From a virus, in IMG/VR virus record IMGVR_UViG_3300008735_000002, positions 1-64,000 of that record: DNA of 64,000 nucleotides, one strand, 5' to 3'. A program made the position numbers and the translations under genes. The notes under the pieces are model-generated. The model had not been told where the DNA came from and searched no databases. It saw only the letters and a program-made list of their open reading frames with translations. Of this stretch, positions 8,991 to 16,648 are shown in pieces (position 1 is the stretch's first letter; the number at the start of each line of letters is the position of its first letter).

Positions 8991-9334
8991 GGGGGTGTAA
9001 CGGCTTCGACAGGGTAACGAAGGAGTATAAGAGTGCAAGTGGTCTCACGAAACAGCAGACCTAAATCGCGGTTTCAAAAAGATAGTTGCAAATAACAACA
9101 ATCACTTCGAATACGCCTTAGCTGCGTAATTGGGTGGTTGCCTAAAACCATCTATCCAATTTAGGCTAAGTGAAGTAGCATCACTGAAATAAAAGAATGC
9201 TCGAATTTCATCTCCGCGGATGGAAGGGTTTAACAAGCGGAAATTTTGGGAGTTTAGAAAAACTTCCTAAACTTGTGAATGACTTGATCCCTGAATTTCT
9301 TTGGACGCGGGTTCGACTCCCGCCGCCTCCACCA
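8991..9334 (+). ncRNA. ssrA: tmRNA (SsrA); tag peptide ANNNNHFEYALAA
   Basis: 5' GGGGGTGTAACGGCTTCGAC; 3' T-arm GCGGGTTCGACTCCCGC plus CGCCTCCACCA. Acceptor stem has the G3:U alanine identity pair. Resume context ATAGTT-GCA; tag ORF 9088-9129 ends ALAA-stop. Confidence 0.97.
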
Positions 9335-9367
9335 TTTATCTTTAACTACGATTGGATAAAATATTGC

Positions 9368-9637
9368 ATGACAGAAAAGGCAAAGACAAAATATCTGTGC
9401 AGTATTTATAACGATCGCCCAGAAACCTGTAGGAAATACCCCTGGAATCATGCAAACCAGATATTTCCAGAATGCATTTTTTTCGATAAGGAAAATCAAA
9501 AATTACGAACGCATGATGAACAGCTAAAGCTTAATACTGAAAAAGAAATTAGTGATTATTGCGTTGACTGTGGGCGATGCTGTTTCTTTGGCCCAGCTGC
9601 GTGTTCTATGTTACGTATAGTAACCGCAGACAATTAA
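9368..9637 (+). CDS. YkgJ/CxxCxxCC-family cysteine-cluster protein, circularly permuted (start moved to 9368)
   Basis: CSIYNDRPETCRKYP precedes CVDCGRCC; the 5' extension in the ORF track lies inside the tmRNA. Confidence 0.7.
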   Translation: MTEKAKTKYLCSIYNDRPETCRKYPWNHANQIFPECIFFDKENQKLRTHDEQLKLNTEKEISDYCVDCGRCCFFGPAACSMLRIVTADN

Positions 9638-9693
9638 CGGCAAACCGCATATTTAATATAGGAATGCGGGCTGGGTATGCTGGAGAGTAAAAC

Positions 9694-10905
9694 ATGGCTT
9701 CGGGAACCTGGGCCCTTAGAGGAACAAAATTTAATGACTATTCGGGATTATCAGAATTAGATTTACTGTATATTCTTGAAACTCTCGTCCCAGACGAGAA
9801 ACAAAAAGAGGAAAACAAAATGTCAACTATTGATGAAAAAAATGACGATACATACATCAACACCCCAGACGCTGGTGATGATTTTGATTTTGTGATGGCT
9901 TATGATGATGATCCCGCCGAAGCAGATGAAAGACTTCTACCCGACAACGAAGCAAGATCAGCTATTTCTTGTGGGTTCGTGGGCGTCGGAGGAGGCGGAG
10001 GAAAACTTGCAAAGGCTTTTCTTGATATCGGCTTCAGCAAAACAATATTAGTCAACACCACTGAAAAAGATCAACCTGGTGGACTAGATCAAAATCACTT
10101 TGTACTAGTGCCGGGTGCAGACGGTGTCGGAAAAGACATAACTCTTGGCAAGCAGGTTCTCCAAGAAAATAGCGCGTTTGTCGAAGACGCCGTTCGTACA
10201 CGACTCGGGCATGTCGACTGGCTGTTCGTTCTTGCTGGCGGTGGCGGGGGAACAGGAAGCGCTTCTCATGAATTGCATGGTTCTCTTAGCAGATATCTTT
10301 CTTCGATTGAAGCGTCTGGAAAAGTGGTTTATATCGTGACGAAACCCACAGCCCAGGAAATGCTAAACCCTACAATTTCTAAAAACTACAAATCCCTTTC
10401 AGAAGATATTGCAGGAACCCCCCACATCATCATCGATAATGAAAAACAATTACAGCTGTTAAGAGGGAAAGTGGGAATGATGAACATGTTCCCATCCGCT
10501 AATAGAAACTTTGCAAAACTTCTAGCGCAAGTCCTCAAGCTGGCTGATGAGCATACTGAAATCCAAACATTCGACAGCAAAGATCTTGAAAAGTGTCTTA
10601 GCACTGATGGTCGGATGGTGATTGGTAGTACAGTGGTTCGTGATGTAACAAGAAATGACTTAGGTTCCTTAGTTTTCCAGGGGTGCTTACGCTCTTCCCC
10701 GTGTCCTGTTCCATCAGGCGGTGGTGAGACGGGTACCTTACTGCTTATAGTTGACGGCAACATGGCATGCGACCCTGACGTTAGTAGAAGACTCGAGTCC
10801 GCGTTCTCTTATGTGGGGGGGCGAGCAAATACGCTGTTCTCAGGAGTGTATGTAAAAGAAGGAATCCCTGGCTTAATCGCGATTACGTTACTCGGCGGAC
10901 TGTAA
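9694..10905 (+). CDS. Tubulin/FtsZ-family GTPase (TubZ/PhuZ/CetZ-like)
   Basis: GVGGGGGKL, GADGVGKD, signature GGGGGTGS, IIIDNEK, T7-like FDSKDL. SD-preceded starts at both 9694 and 9820. Confidence 0.9.
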   Translation: MASGTWALRGTKFNDYSGLSELDLLYILETLVPDEKQKEENKMSTIDEKNDDTYINTPDAGDDFDFVMAYDDDPAEADERLLPDNEARSAISCGFVGVGGGGGKLAKAFLDIGFSKTILVNTTEKDQPGGLDQNHFVLVPGADGVGKDITLGKQVLQENSAFVEDAVRTRLGHVDWLFVLAGGGGGTGSASHELHGSLSRYLSSIEASGKVVYIVTKPTAQEMLNPTISKNYKSLSEDIAGTPHIIIDNEKQLQLLRGKVGMMNMFPSANRNFAKLLAQVLKLADEHTEIQTFDSKDLEKCLSTDGRMVIGSTVVRDVTRNDLGSLVFQGCLRSSPCPVPSGGGETGTLLLIVDGNMACDPDVSRRLESAFSYVGGRANTLFSGVYVKEGIPGLIAITLLGGL

Positions 10906-10908
10906 AAA

Positions 10909-11784
10909 ATGGCGCTCACAGAGCAAAGACTACTACAAATAATCAAAGAAGAAGTTCTGCACCATCAAGAACAAAAGATAAATGAAGCGATGGCCGGACT
11001 TGTCCTCGAGGGTATCTATGACCCCGGAATCCTAAAAGCTGTCTTCATGGCAGGTGGTCCAGGAAGCGGAAAAAGTAAAACCGCGGAAATAATTTTTGGT
11101 GGTGGTGCGATTGAAAAAGCCGCCTTTCAGGCAGGAACGACAACGGGTCTTCGTGTCATTAATAGCGACCCTGCATTTGAAGAATTTCTTAGACAAGCTG
11201 GTATATCTCCTTCTGATCTAAAAGATATGACTGATGAAGAGTTTGAGGCTATCACGGACCCACCCGACTCGCCTCGTGGGAGAGCAAAGAAATTAAAGTC
11301 AACAGCTCAGCGAGCAGCGGGAATTGGAAGAATCGGAATGATCGTTGATGGCACCGGTCAGGACTTCAAGAAAATGTCGGCTAAGAAAGAAGCTGCCGAA
11401 ACGTTGGGCTATGACACGTATATGGTTTTTGTAAACACCACGTTAGAAAAATCCCAAGAACGAAACCTGAATAGAGACAGGAAACTAAAACCTGAAACAG
11501 TAGAAGAGATCTGGACGAATGTCCAAGCGAATATGGGAGCCTACCAAAGCCTCTTCGGGGTCGGAAACTTCATTATCATTGATAATACAGAGTACACGTG
11601 GGACGATGCGGCATCATCAGCAGCTGCGGCGGCGCAAGCGTTTATCGATGCTCCGGTCCAAAACCCGATTGGTAGACAATGGGTCGAAGATGCAATCACA
11701 GCAAAAGGCGCAGACCCCGATGACCCATGGGTTGCAAAGAAGATTTCTGCGTTGTTAGACACTCCAGCTAGCCGACAAGCTTAG
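10909..11784 (+). CDS. P-loop kinase (zeta-toxin/AAA_33-like) with tag-like N-terminus
   Basis: KAVFMAGGPGSGKS Walker A, INSD, MIVDGTG; N-terminal RLLQIIKEEVL...INE. Confidence 0.75.
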   Translation: MALTEQRLLQIIKEEVLHHQEQKINEAMAGLVLEGIYDPGILKAVFMAGGPGSGKSKTAEIIFGGGAIEKAAFQAGTTTGLRVINSDPAFEEFLRQAGISPSDLKDMTDEEFEAITDPPDSPRGRAKKLKSTAQRAAGIGRIGMIVDGTGQDFKKMSAKKEAAETLGYDTYMVFVNTTLEKSQERNLNRDRKLKPETVEEIWTNVQANMGAYQSLFGVGNFIIIDNTEYTWDDAASSAAAAAQAFIDAPVQNPIGRQWVEDAITAKGADPDDPWVAKKISALLDTPASRQA

Positions 11785-12363
11785 CTTTTCCAGGTGTTCC
11801 CTCACAAGAAGGCGAAGCGCTCGCTTCTCAGAAGATTCGGCAAGCGTAGTTAATTCATCCCAATGACGATGATCGATACCGCCTGGAATTCCACCAGCAC
11901 TATCAGACGCAACAGCTAGCGCGTCTTCGTACTTCTTCTTTTGCTTGAGCGAGGGTGATGTCGAAAGATTATGCAGCATGTCAGCCAGCTTAACTTTTAA
12001 AGCTAGCGGCTTTTCTAGCAATGAAACGATATATGCGCCGTAATCAGCTCCTGATTCATGTGTTAAATTTCGAACAGCATCAATAACTTCTTGACCAGCG
12101 TTAGAATCTGAAATTGACCCCCGAATAAATGACTCCATTTCTTCTATAGAGCTGACTGTTGATCCGGGAGCATCCTCAAGCGAATCATGTAAAAGCGCTA
12201 CCATCTGAGCAGCGTAGTCATCTGGATAATAACGACGCACTATATTTCTTACCTCGGAAGGATGCAAAAAATATTCGCTGCCATCCCTACGCTTTTGACC
12301 CATATGAGCCATTTGAGCAGTAGAATATACGTCTTCGAAATCTTCCCTAGTAAACGTGGACAT
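11755..12363 (-). CDS. HD-domain (p)ppGpp hydrolase-like small alarmone hydrolase (SpoT/Mesh1 family; start moved to 12363)
   Basis: AHMGQKRRDGSEYFLHP, ALLHDSLED, VKLADMLHN match RelA/SpoT HD motifs. Confidence 0.85.
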   Translation of the reverse strand: MSTFTREDFEDVYSTAQMAHMGQKRRDGSEYFLHPSEVRNIVRRYYPDDYAAQMVALLHDSLEDAPGSTVSSIEEMESFIRGSISDSNAGQEVIDAVRNLTHESGADYGAYIVSLLEKPLALKVKLADMLHNLSTSPSLKQKKKYEDALAVASDSAGGIPGGIDHRHWDELTTLAESSEKRALRLLVREHLEKLSLSASWSV

Positions 12364-12374
12364 AGCTATAAATA

Positions 12375-12722
12375 TCACATAAAAAGCTGGATAGCTAGAA
12401 TAGCAAATGATAATGTAATACACAACATCGTCTTAAGGGTAAACATCGATTCACCTAAAAAGTAATATGTCATGAAAGGAAAAGTTAAGTAAGACAATGA
12501 GAATGCCAAGAATCTTACACCCCATGCGGAATCCCCAAGCGCAGTGTAGCCGAATCTAGCTCCAAAATAAGCTAGCACTGATATTGGCATCGCCAGCGTC
12601 AAAGAAACCCATAAACTTTTTTCAGACCACGCTGAATCCATAAATTGTAGGTTTGTCCCAAACCATACCATTACGTGCAACCCGACAAAACACAAGGCTG
12701 AATATAGAATATTAACACTCAT
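12375..12722 (-). CDS. small four-TM membrane protein (DMT/SMR-like)
   Basis: Four hydrophobic segments in 115 aa. Confidence 0.55.
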   Translation of the reverse strand: MSVNILYSALCFVGLHVMVWFGTNLQFMDSAWSEKSLWVSLTLAMPISVLAYFGARFGYTALGDSAWGVRFLAFSLSYLTFPFMTYYFLGESMFTLKTMLCITLSFAILAIQLFM

Positions 12723-12901
12723 TCGTCACCAGCATCCCTAGTCACGATGCGCGCAATCTGTGACTTGTTAATTTCTCTTACTTCACCCGCAACCATCACT
12801 GTATAAAATATTCCAAGCAGGTCGGCGTCTGTAATTTGTACAACAACAGCCGTTGTATCATCGTTCAACTTCAAAACCGTTCCCACTTCTATGATACCCA
12901 T
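12719..12901 (-). CDS. small hypothetical beta-barrel-like protein (start moved to 12901)
   Basis: MGIIEVGTVLKL; packs between neighbours. Confidence 0.5.
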   Translation of the reverse strand: MGIIEVGTVLKLNDDTTAVVVQITDADLLGIFYTVMVAGEVREINKSQIARIVTRDAGDE

Positions 12902-13080
12902 ACTGCTAAGTATTCTTTCGCGATGGTGAACAACTCTCCGCAATAAAATACTTTTGCAAACCCTAAACGTTCTTGTATGCACAGGACAATTTCTCCACCA
13001 GAAAAATTATGAGGGTAAAAAAGAGAAACCTGTTCAGTACCAGCGCCGGCTAATTTCACATAACATAATTTATTAGCCAT
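12889..13080 (-). CDS. small hypothetical protein
   Basis: Short overlaps with both neighbours. Confidence 0.45.
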   Translation of the reverse strand: MANKLCYVKLAGAGTEQVSLFYPHNFSGGEIVLCIQERLGFAKVFYCGELFTIAKEYLAVWVS

Positions 13081-13372
13081 CTTGCTTTACCTCTACGAAA
13101 GCCTTGACGTCACAGGGGCCGAACCACTTACCATCGCACACTACATCTATAGACCTTTTGAGTGCTATTAACCCTGATTTCGAGTTGTAATACCTGTCGT
13201 GTGTACTTAGGTCTCTTTCTTTTGGAGCTCCTAAAACAACACACAATGAATGCTCGGGTGGATAAAGCTCTGCAAGCTTGTCGAGTCTTAGAGCACAGGT
13301 GACGGCACAAAACTCATTTGAATTACGTCTTACGAGAGTACCTTTCTTAATCACAGCTCTATCTCCTCCCAC
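13073..13372 (-). CDS. hypothetical protein
   Basis: Co-oriented and tightly packed; IKKGTLVRR start motif. Confidence 0.55.
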   Translation of the reverse strand: MGGDRAVIKKGTLVRRNSNEFCAVTCALRLDKLAELYPPEHSLCVVLGAPKERDLSTHDRYYNSKSGLIALKRSIDVVCDGKWFGPCDVKAFVEVKQDG

Positions 13373-13707
13373 TCACCGTCCCAATTCGTGTATTTAACTC
13401 TCTTTATTCCAGCTTTTCTAATTTCCTGCATGCATAAAGGACATGGTCTAGCCATGGTCCTTTCATGATCACATTTCTTAAATCTGATAACCTCTAATTC
13501 ATCACCGGGCTGAGCAAATCTCAAAACATTCATCTCTGCGTGCATATGAGAAGCCCACGTTCCGTCAGCATATTGTCTCTTAAAGCGAGGGTGCGTTTTG
13601 TCAGTATTTTCACCAACCCTAACGACTTTCCCGTTACGCTTCAAAATTGCAGCAAGATGATAATGTCTACCATTATTGAGCGCGAGATTCTTAGCTCGAT
13701 AGTACAC
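13351..13707 (-). CDS. zinc-dependent cytidine/deoxycytidylate deaminase-fold protein
   Basis: HAE (HMHAEMN) and PCxxC (RPCPLC). Confidence 0.8.
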   Translation of the reverse strand: MYYRAKNLALNNGRHYHLAAILKRNGKVVRVGENTDKTHPRFKRQYADGTWASHMHAEMNVLRFAQPGDELEVIRFKKCDHERTMARPCPLCMQEIRKAGIKRVKYTNWDGEWEEIEL

Positions 13708-13715
13708 TTGACATT

Positions 13716-14063
13716 TTATTTTCCTATATCTGAAACTTTGTTGACATCGCCAGTTACGAGTTCATCAATAACCTTGCCAATGTCTTTATATTCCTGTGAA
13801 CACGACTCACAAAAATCACGAACCCAATATTTGTAAACTGATGCTTGATATGTTGTGTTATTATCTTTCTTTTGAGTAAGTTTAATGACCCAATCCCTGA
13901 TGGATTCTCTATCATTACCAGAAAGCTTCACTGGACATTTCCCTGCGGGAATTACTAGCTTGATATGAGGGTGGCTAGTCTTTACCGGACCAGCAGGGCG
14001 GCCCCACTTCGAAGTATTTGACTTTTTAACCCTGCTTCTTCGCTTTTTAGCCATTCTTTTCAA
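13716..14063 (-). CDS. hypothetical basic protein
   Basis: ORF track; K/R-rich N-terminus. Confidence 0.55.
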   Translation of the reverse strand: MKRMAKKRRSRVKKSNTSKWGRPAGPVKTSHPHIKLVIPAGKCPVKLSGNDRESIRDWVIKLTQKKDNNTTYQASVYKYWVRDFCESCSQEYKDIGKVIDELVTGDVNKVSDIGK

Positions 14064-14304
14064 CCCAAACGACCATCATCTGAGCGGGGCCGTATTGGTC
14101 TTCAGCTGCGAATACATCAGTAGGAACCTGGAACGCCGTGTAGTTATCACGGTCGTGCCATCCGACCTGGTGCTCTGCAATGCAGTCCTTATGCACCATC
14201 ATTCGTCGCCCATTGATATCAGGATAAAAAAACCCTTTCGCGCCCGCGATCGAACGTCGTACGACATCACCGCGCTTTAGCTTTACCTCATGTGCCATTG
14301 TCAT
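14047..14304 (-). CDS. hypothetical protein
   Basis: Packed ORF; LKRGDVVRR start motif. Confidence 0.55.
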   Translation of the reverse strand: MTMAHEVKLKRGDVVRRSIAGAKGFFYPDINGRRMMVHKDCIAEHQVGWHDRDNYTAFQVPTDVFAAEDQYGPAQMMVVWVEKNG

Positions 14305-14605
14305 TTCTCCAATAAATTAATTCTACTGTGTTTCCATCAGGGTCGCACTTATAAACATAACAGCTTCCATCGCGATGTTCACGATAATCGGGGCCTAATT
14401 CTTCAATGTCATTTACTGCAAACGCAACATGGGGAGGGTGCTGTATCGGTACGGTCAGCGCTAGTTTTGCTCCACCCACATCAAGCATCGCCCACGTATC
14501 GTCTTGATACACAACAGATGCTTGCAAAAAATTCTCGTACCAAGCAACCGATGCTGAAATATCCTCAACGCTTAAAGCAATATGATCTAAATTAAGCTTG
14601 CTCAT
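14288..14605 (-). CDS. VOC/glyoxalase-family protein
   Basis: LDHIALSVEDI...S.AWY, HVAFAV, DPDGNTVEL. Confidence 0.85.
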   Translation of the reverse strand: MSKLNLDHIALSVEDISASVAWYENFLQASVVYQDDTWAMLDVGGAKLALTVPIQHPPHVAFAVNDIEELGPDYREHRDGSCYVYKCDPDGNTVELIYWRNDNGT

Positions 14606-14930
14606 CTCCTTCCTTCGCTAAAACTAGCTCCTCTGGTAAGAAAAAATTAACATCGCCACCCGACTCTAAAACAGCCATAATTCTTACAGACGGGAAAGAA
14701 CCAGATATAAAATCCCCAACTTTCCCAAGCTCTTTAGACTCAGCATTGCCCAAACAAAGATAAACTTTCCCGTCATTTTCGTCAACAAGCAATGCATCCT
14801 CAACGATGGAGCTATAGATGACTATATCTCCAGCGGATAAAACGTTACCTGCCTCGTGAACGAGACTTTCGTCTTTTCTTAAGCTTCCTCTTTTTCGAGT
14901 ACGTTGTTTTTTTAATCGTTTTTTGGCCAT
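14592..14930 (-). CDS. hypothetical protein (start uncertain)
   Basis: Fills the gap between def and the VOC gene; the 5' part overlaps def. Confidence 0.45.
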   Translation of the reverse strand: MAKKRLKKQRTRKRGSLRKDESLVHEAGNVLSAGDIVIYSSIVEDALLVDENDGKVYLCLGNAESKELGKVGDFISGSFPSVRIMAVLESGGDVNFFLPEELVLAKEGDEQA

Positions 14931-15495
14931 CGTAAGACATCCGCAATTCCGCGTGATCTCTTTCAAAATCCGCGGCAGCTTCTTTTTCAATTCGCTCAAT
15001 TTCTTTACGAACTTTAGAGAGCTTCTTTTTCAGAATCTGACGCTTTAGTCTAGAAAGTCTATCTAAAAAAAGCTTACCGTCCAAATGATCCACCTCATGC
15101 TGGACGCAAGCAGATGAAAGACCCTCTAGTTCTAATTCACACTTCTCCCAATCTTCATTATAGAAGGTTATCTTACAATGTGAATATCGGGGCACGAAAC
15201 TAGAGACCTGAGGAATTGAAAAACACGCTTCTTCTGAAGCGTATATTTCTCCTGACATGTCGAGGGCTGGATTGATCATCACTAGCTGTTCTTCTTCTGA
15301 TATCTCAAGCAATGACGGATTGATAACTAGCGCTCGTTTCTCAATCCCGATTTGAGTTGCAGCTAGACCAAGACCTCCAGTCACAGTGAAAGAGTCTTTA
15401 AGATCTGCTACGACCTCCAAGCTGTCTTCTTTGCTGAGGTCGGTTGCTATATTTTTTAGCCTCTTATTAGGCCACGTAAGAACTTTCCGATACAC
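14845..15495 (-). CDS. def: peptide deformylase
   Basis: GLGLAATQIG, EACFS (EGCLS variant), QHEVDHLDG; basic C-terminal tail. Confidence 0.92.
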   Translation of the reverse strand: MYRKVLTWPNKRLKNIATDLSKEDSLEVVADLKDSFTVTGGLGLAATQIGIEKRALVINPSLLEISEEEQLVMINPALDMSGEIYASEEACFSIPQVSSFVPRYSHCKITFYNEDWEKCELELEGLSSACVQHEVDHLDGKLFLDRLSRLKRQILKKKLSKVRKEIERIEKEAAADFERDHAELRMSYDGQKTIKKTTYSKKRKLKKRRKSRSRGR

Positions 15496-15507
15496 GGTAG
15501 CCCCCTA

Positions 15508-15696
15508 TCAGGAATCAAGATCTATCTCTGTATACCATACGCCGAAGCATAGAAGCGATGTAACAATACAGAGTACTCCCTGTAGATGAAAATTATTGGA
15601 AATAAAAAAAGTTGCTAACCCAACGTTAACAAACGTAAGACCACAAAAAAGAAAGCCCCTAAACGAGAGAGGGAATATCTTCTTCAGCTTCCTCAT
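15508..15696 (-). CDS. small two-TM membrane protein
   Basis: Two hydrophobic segments. Confidence 0.5.
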   Translation of the reverse strand: MRKLKKIFPLSFRGFLFCGLTFVNVGLATFFISNNFHLQGVLCIVTSLLCFGVWYTEIDLDS

Positions 15697-16028
15697 TTTC
15701 TAGTGCTCTTTTTTCGTGGTACAGACCGAGTGGCCTTCTTTCCAGCTTTTGAAGACTTCCTTAACGGGCGCTCGGCGGCTGGAACGTGCCAGATCTCTGG
15801 GTCTGATTCCTCAACAGAATTGGCCTTGGTCCGTGGTTTCTCTGTTGGTGCACTTTGTTCAGGGTGAACAGTCACATCAGAGCTGAAATAATTGGCGAGC
15901 GGCGGCTCTACGTTTTGGGATAAGCACCAGGCTCGTACATCCTCATCAGAAGCAAGACCCCTGTCTTGCAGATACTTCTTGATATCTGTTACCTTCTTCC
16001 GGTTTATATATCTCTCAAAAGTTCTCAT
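15693..16028 (-). CDS. hypothetical protein
   Basis: Packed ORF. Confidence 0.55.
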   Translation of the reverse strand: MRTFERYINRKKVTDIKKYLQDRGLASDEDVRAWCLSQNVEPPLANYFSSDVTVHPEQSAPTEKPRTKANSVEESDPEIWHVPAAERPLRKSSKAGKKATRSVPRKKSTRK

Positions 16029-16370
16029 TTAATTCCACTCCGAATTATTGGGGTTATTTTTAGAAAATGGTAGAGCGAAACGACTCTTTTCCTTTATAGC
16101 AATCTCAGCTTTTACATCCTGCTCTAGAGAGCGAATAAGCTTCTCCACGACATAGTAGACCTGCGGCGTCATCTTTTTATCTTCAAAACAATCCCATGGG
16201 GTATTTCGTAACCAAAATAGCGCTTTATCCACGTTCGGTGGCGCAGCAATGAGTAGCGTCTTTAATTCATCGATAAATTCAGCGGTTAATTCTTCATCCC
16301 AGTTCATTACCTCAAGCAATTCAGTGTGAGCTCGTAAGTCTCCAAGATAACCGAGAATGATGTTTATCAC
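16029..16370 (-). CDS. hypothetical protein
   Basis: Packed ORF. Confidence 0.55.
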   Translation of the reverse strand: MINIILGYLGDLRAHTELLEVMNWDEELTAEFIDELKTLLIAAPPNVDKALFWLRNTPWDCFEDKKMTPQVYYVVEKLIRSLEQDVKAEIAIKEKSRFALPFSKNNPNNSEWN

Positions 16371-16648
16371 AACTGGATTCCCTCCTCTTCAATAATGTCT
16401 GCAATGCTTTCTTGGAACCGTGGATCTAGTGCAATCCTATCTACTTCATCTTTTGAAAGACCGTGCATCTCGCATATCGGCGCAGCTAGCTTTCGCATCC
16501 CAGATAGAAAGTAATTTCTTGCAGCTGAATGCTTCATAGGATAACCGTCATTCGTCATGATTTCTGCAATCTCACGATAACCTTTTCCGCCACGATCACC
16601 AACAGTTGCGTAACCATTGTCTGCCTTAAAGCCTTTGGGCATGCTCAT
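16367..16648 (-). CDS. small HTH-like DNA-binding protein
   Basis: GYREIAEIM...MKHSAARNYF; translationally coupled to the sigma gene. Confidence 0.55.
   Translation of the reverse strand: MSMPKGFKADNGYATVGDRGGKGYREIAEIMTNDGYPMKHSAARNYFLSGMRKLAAPICEMHGLSKDEVDRIALDPRFQESIADIIEEEGIQL

Noticed and set aside
9301-9334. Stand-alone tRNA-Ala
   Set aside because: This T-arm/CCA pairs with 8991-8997 across a tag ORF; it is the tmRNA 3' end. No other tRNA was seen.
9197-9367. 5' extension of the ORF 9197-9637
   Set aside because: Lies inside the tmRNA 3' domain; the cysteine-cluster protein starts plausibly at 9368.
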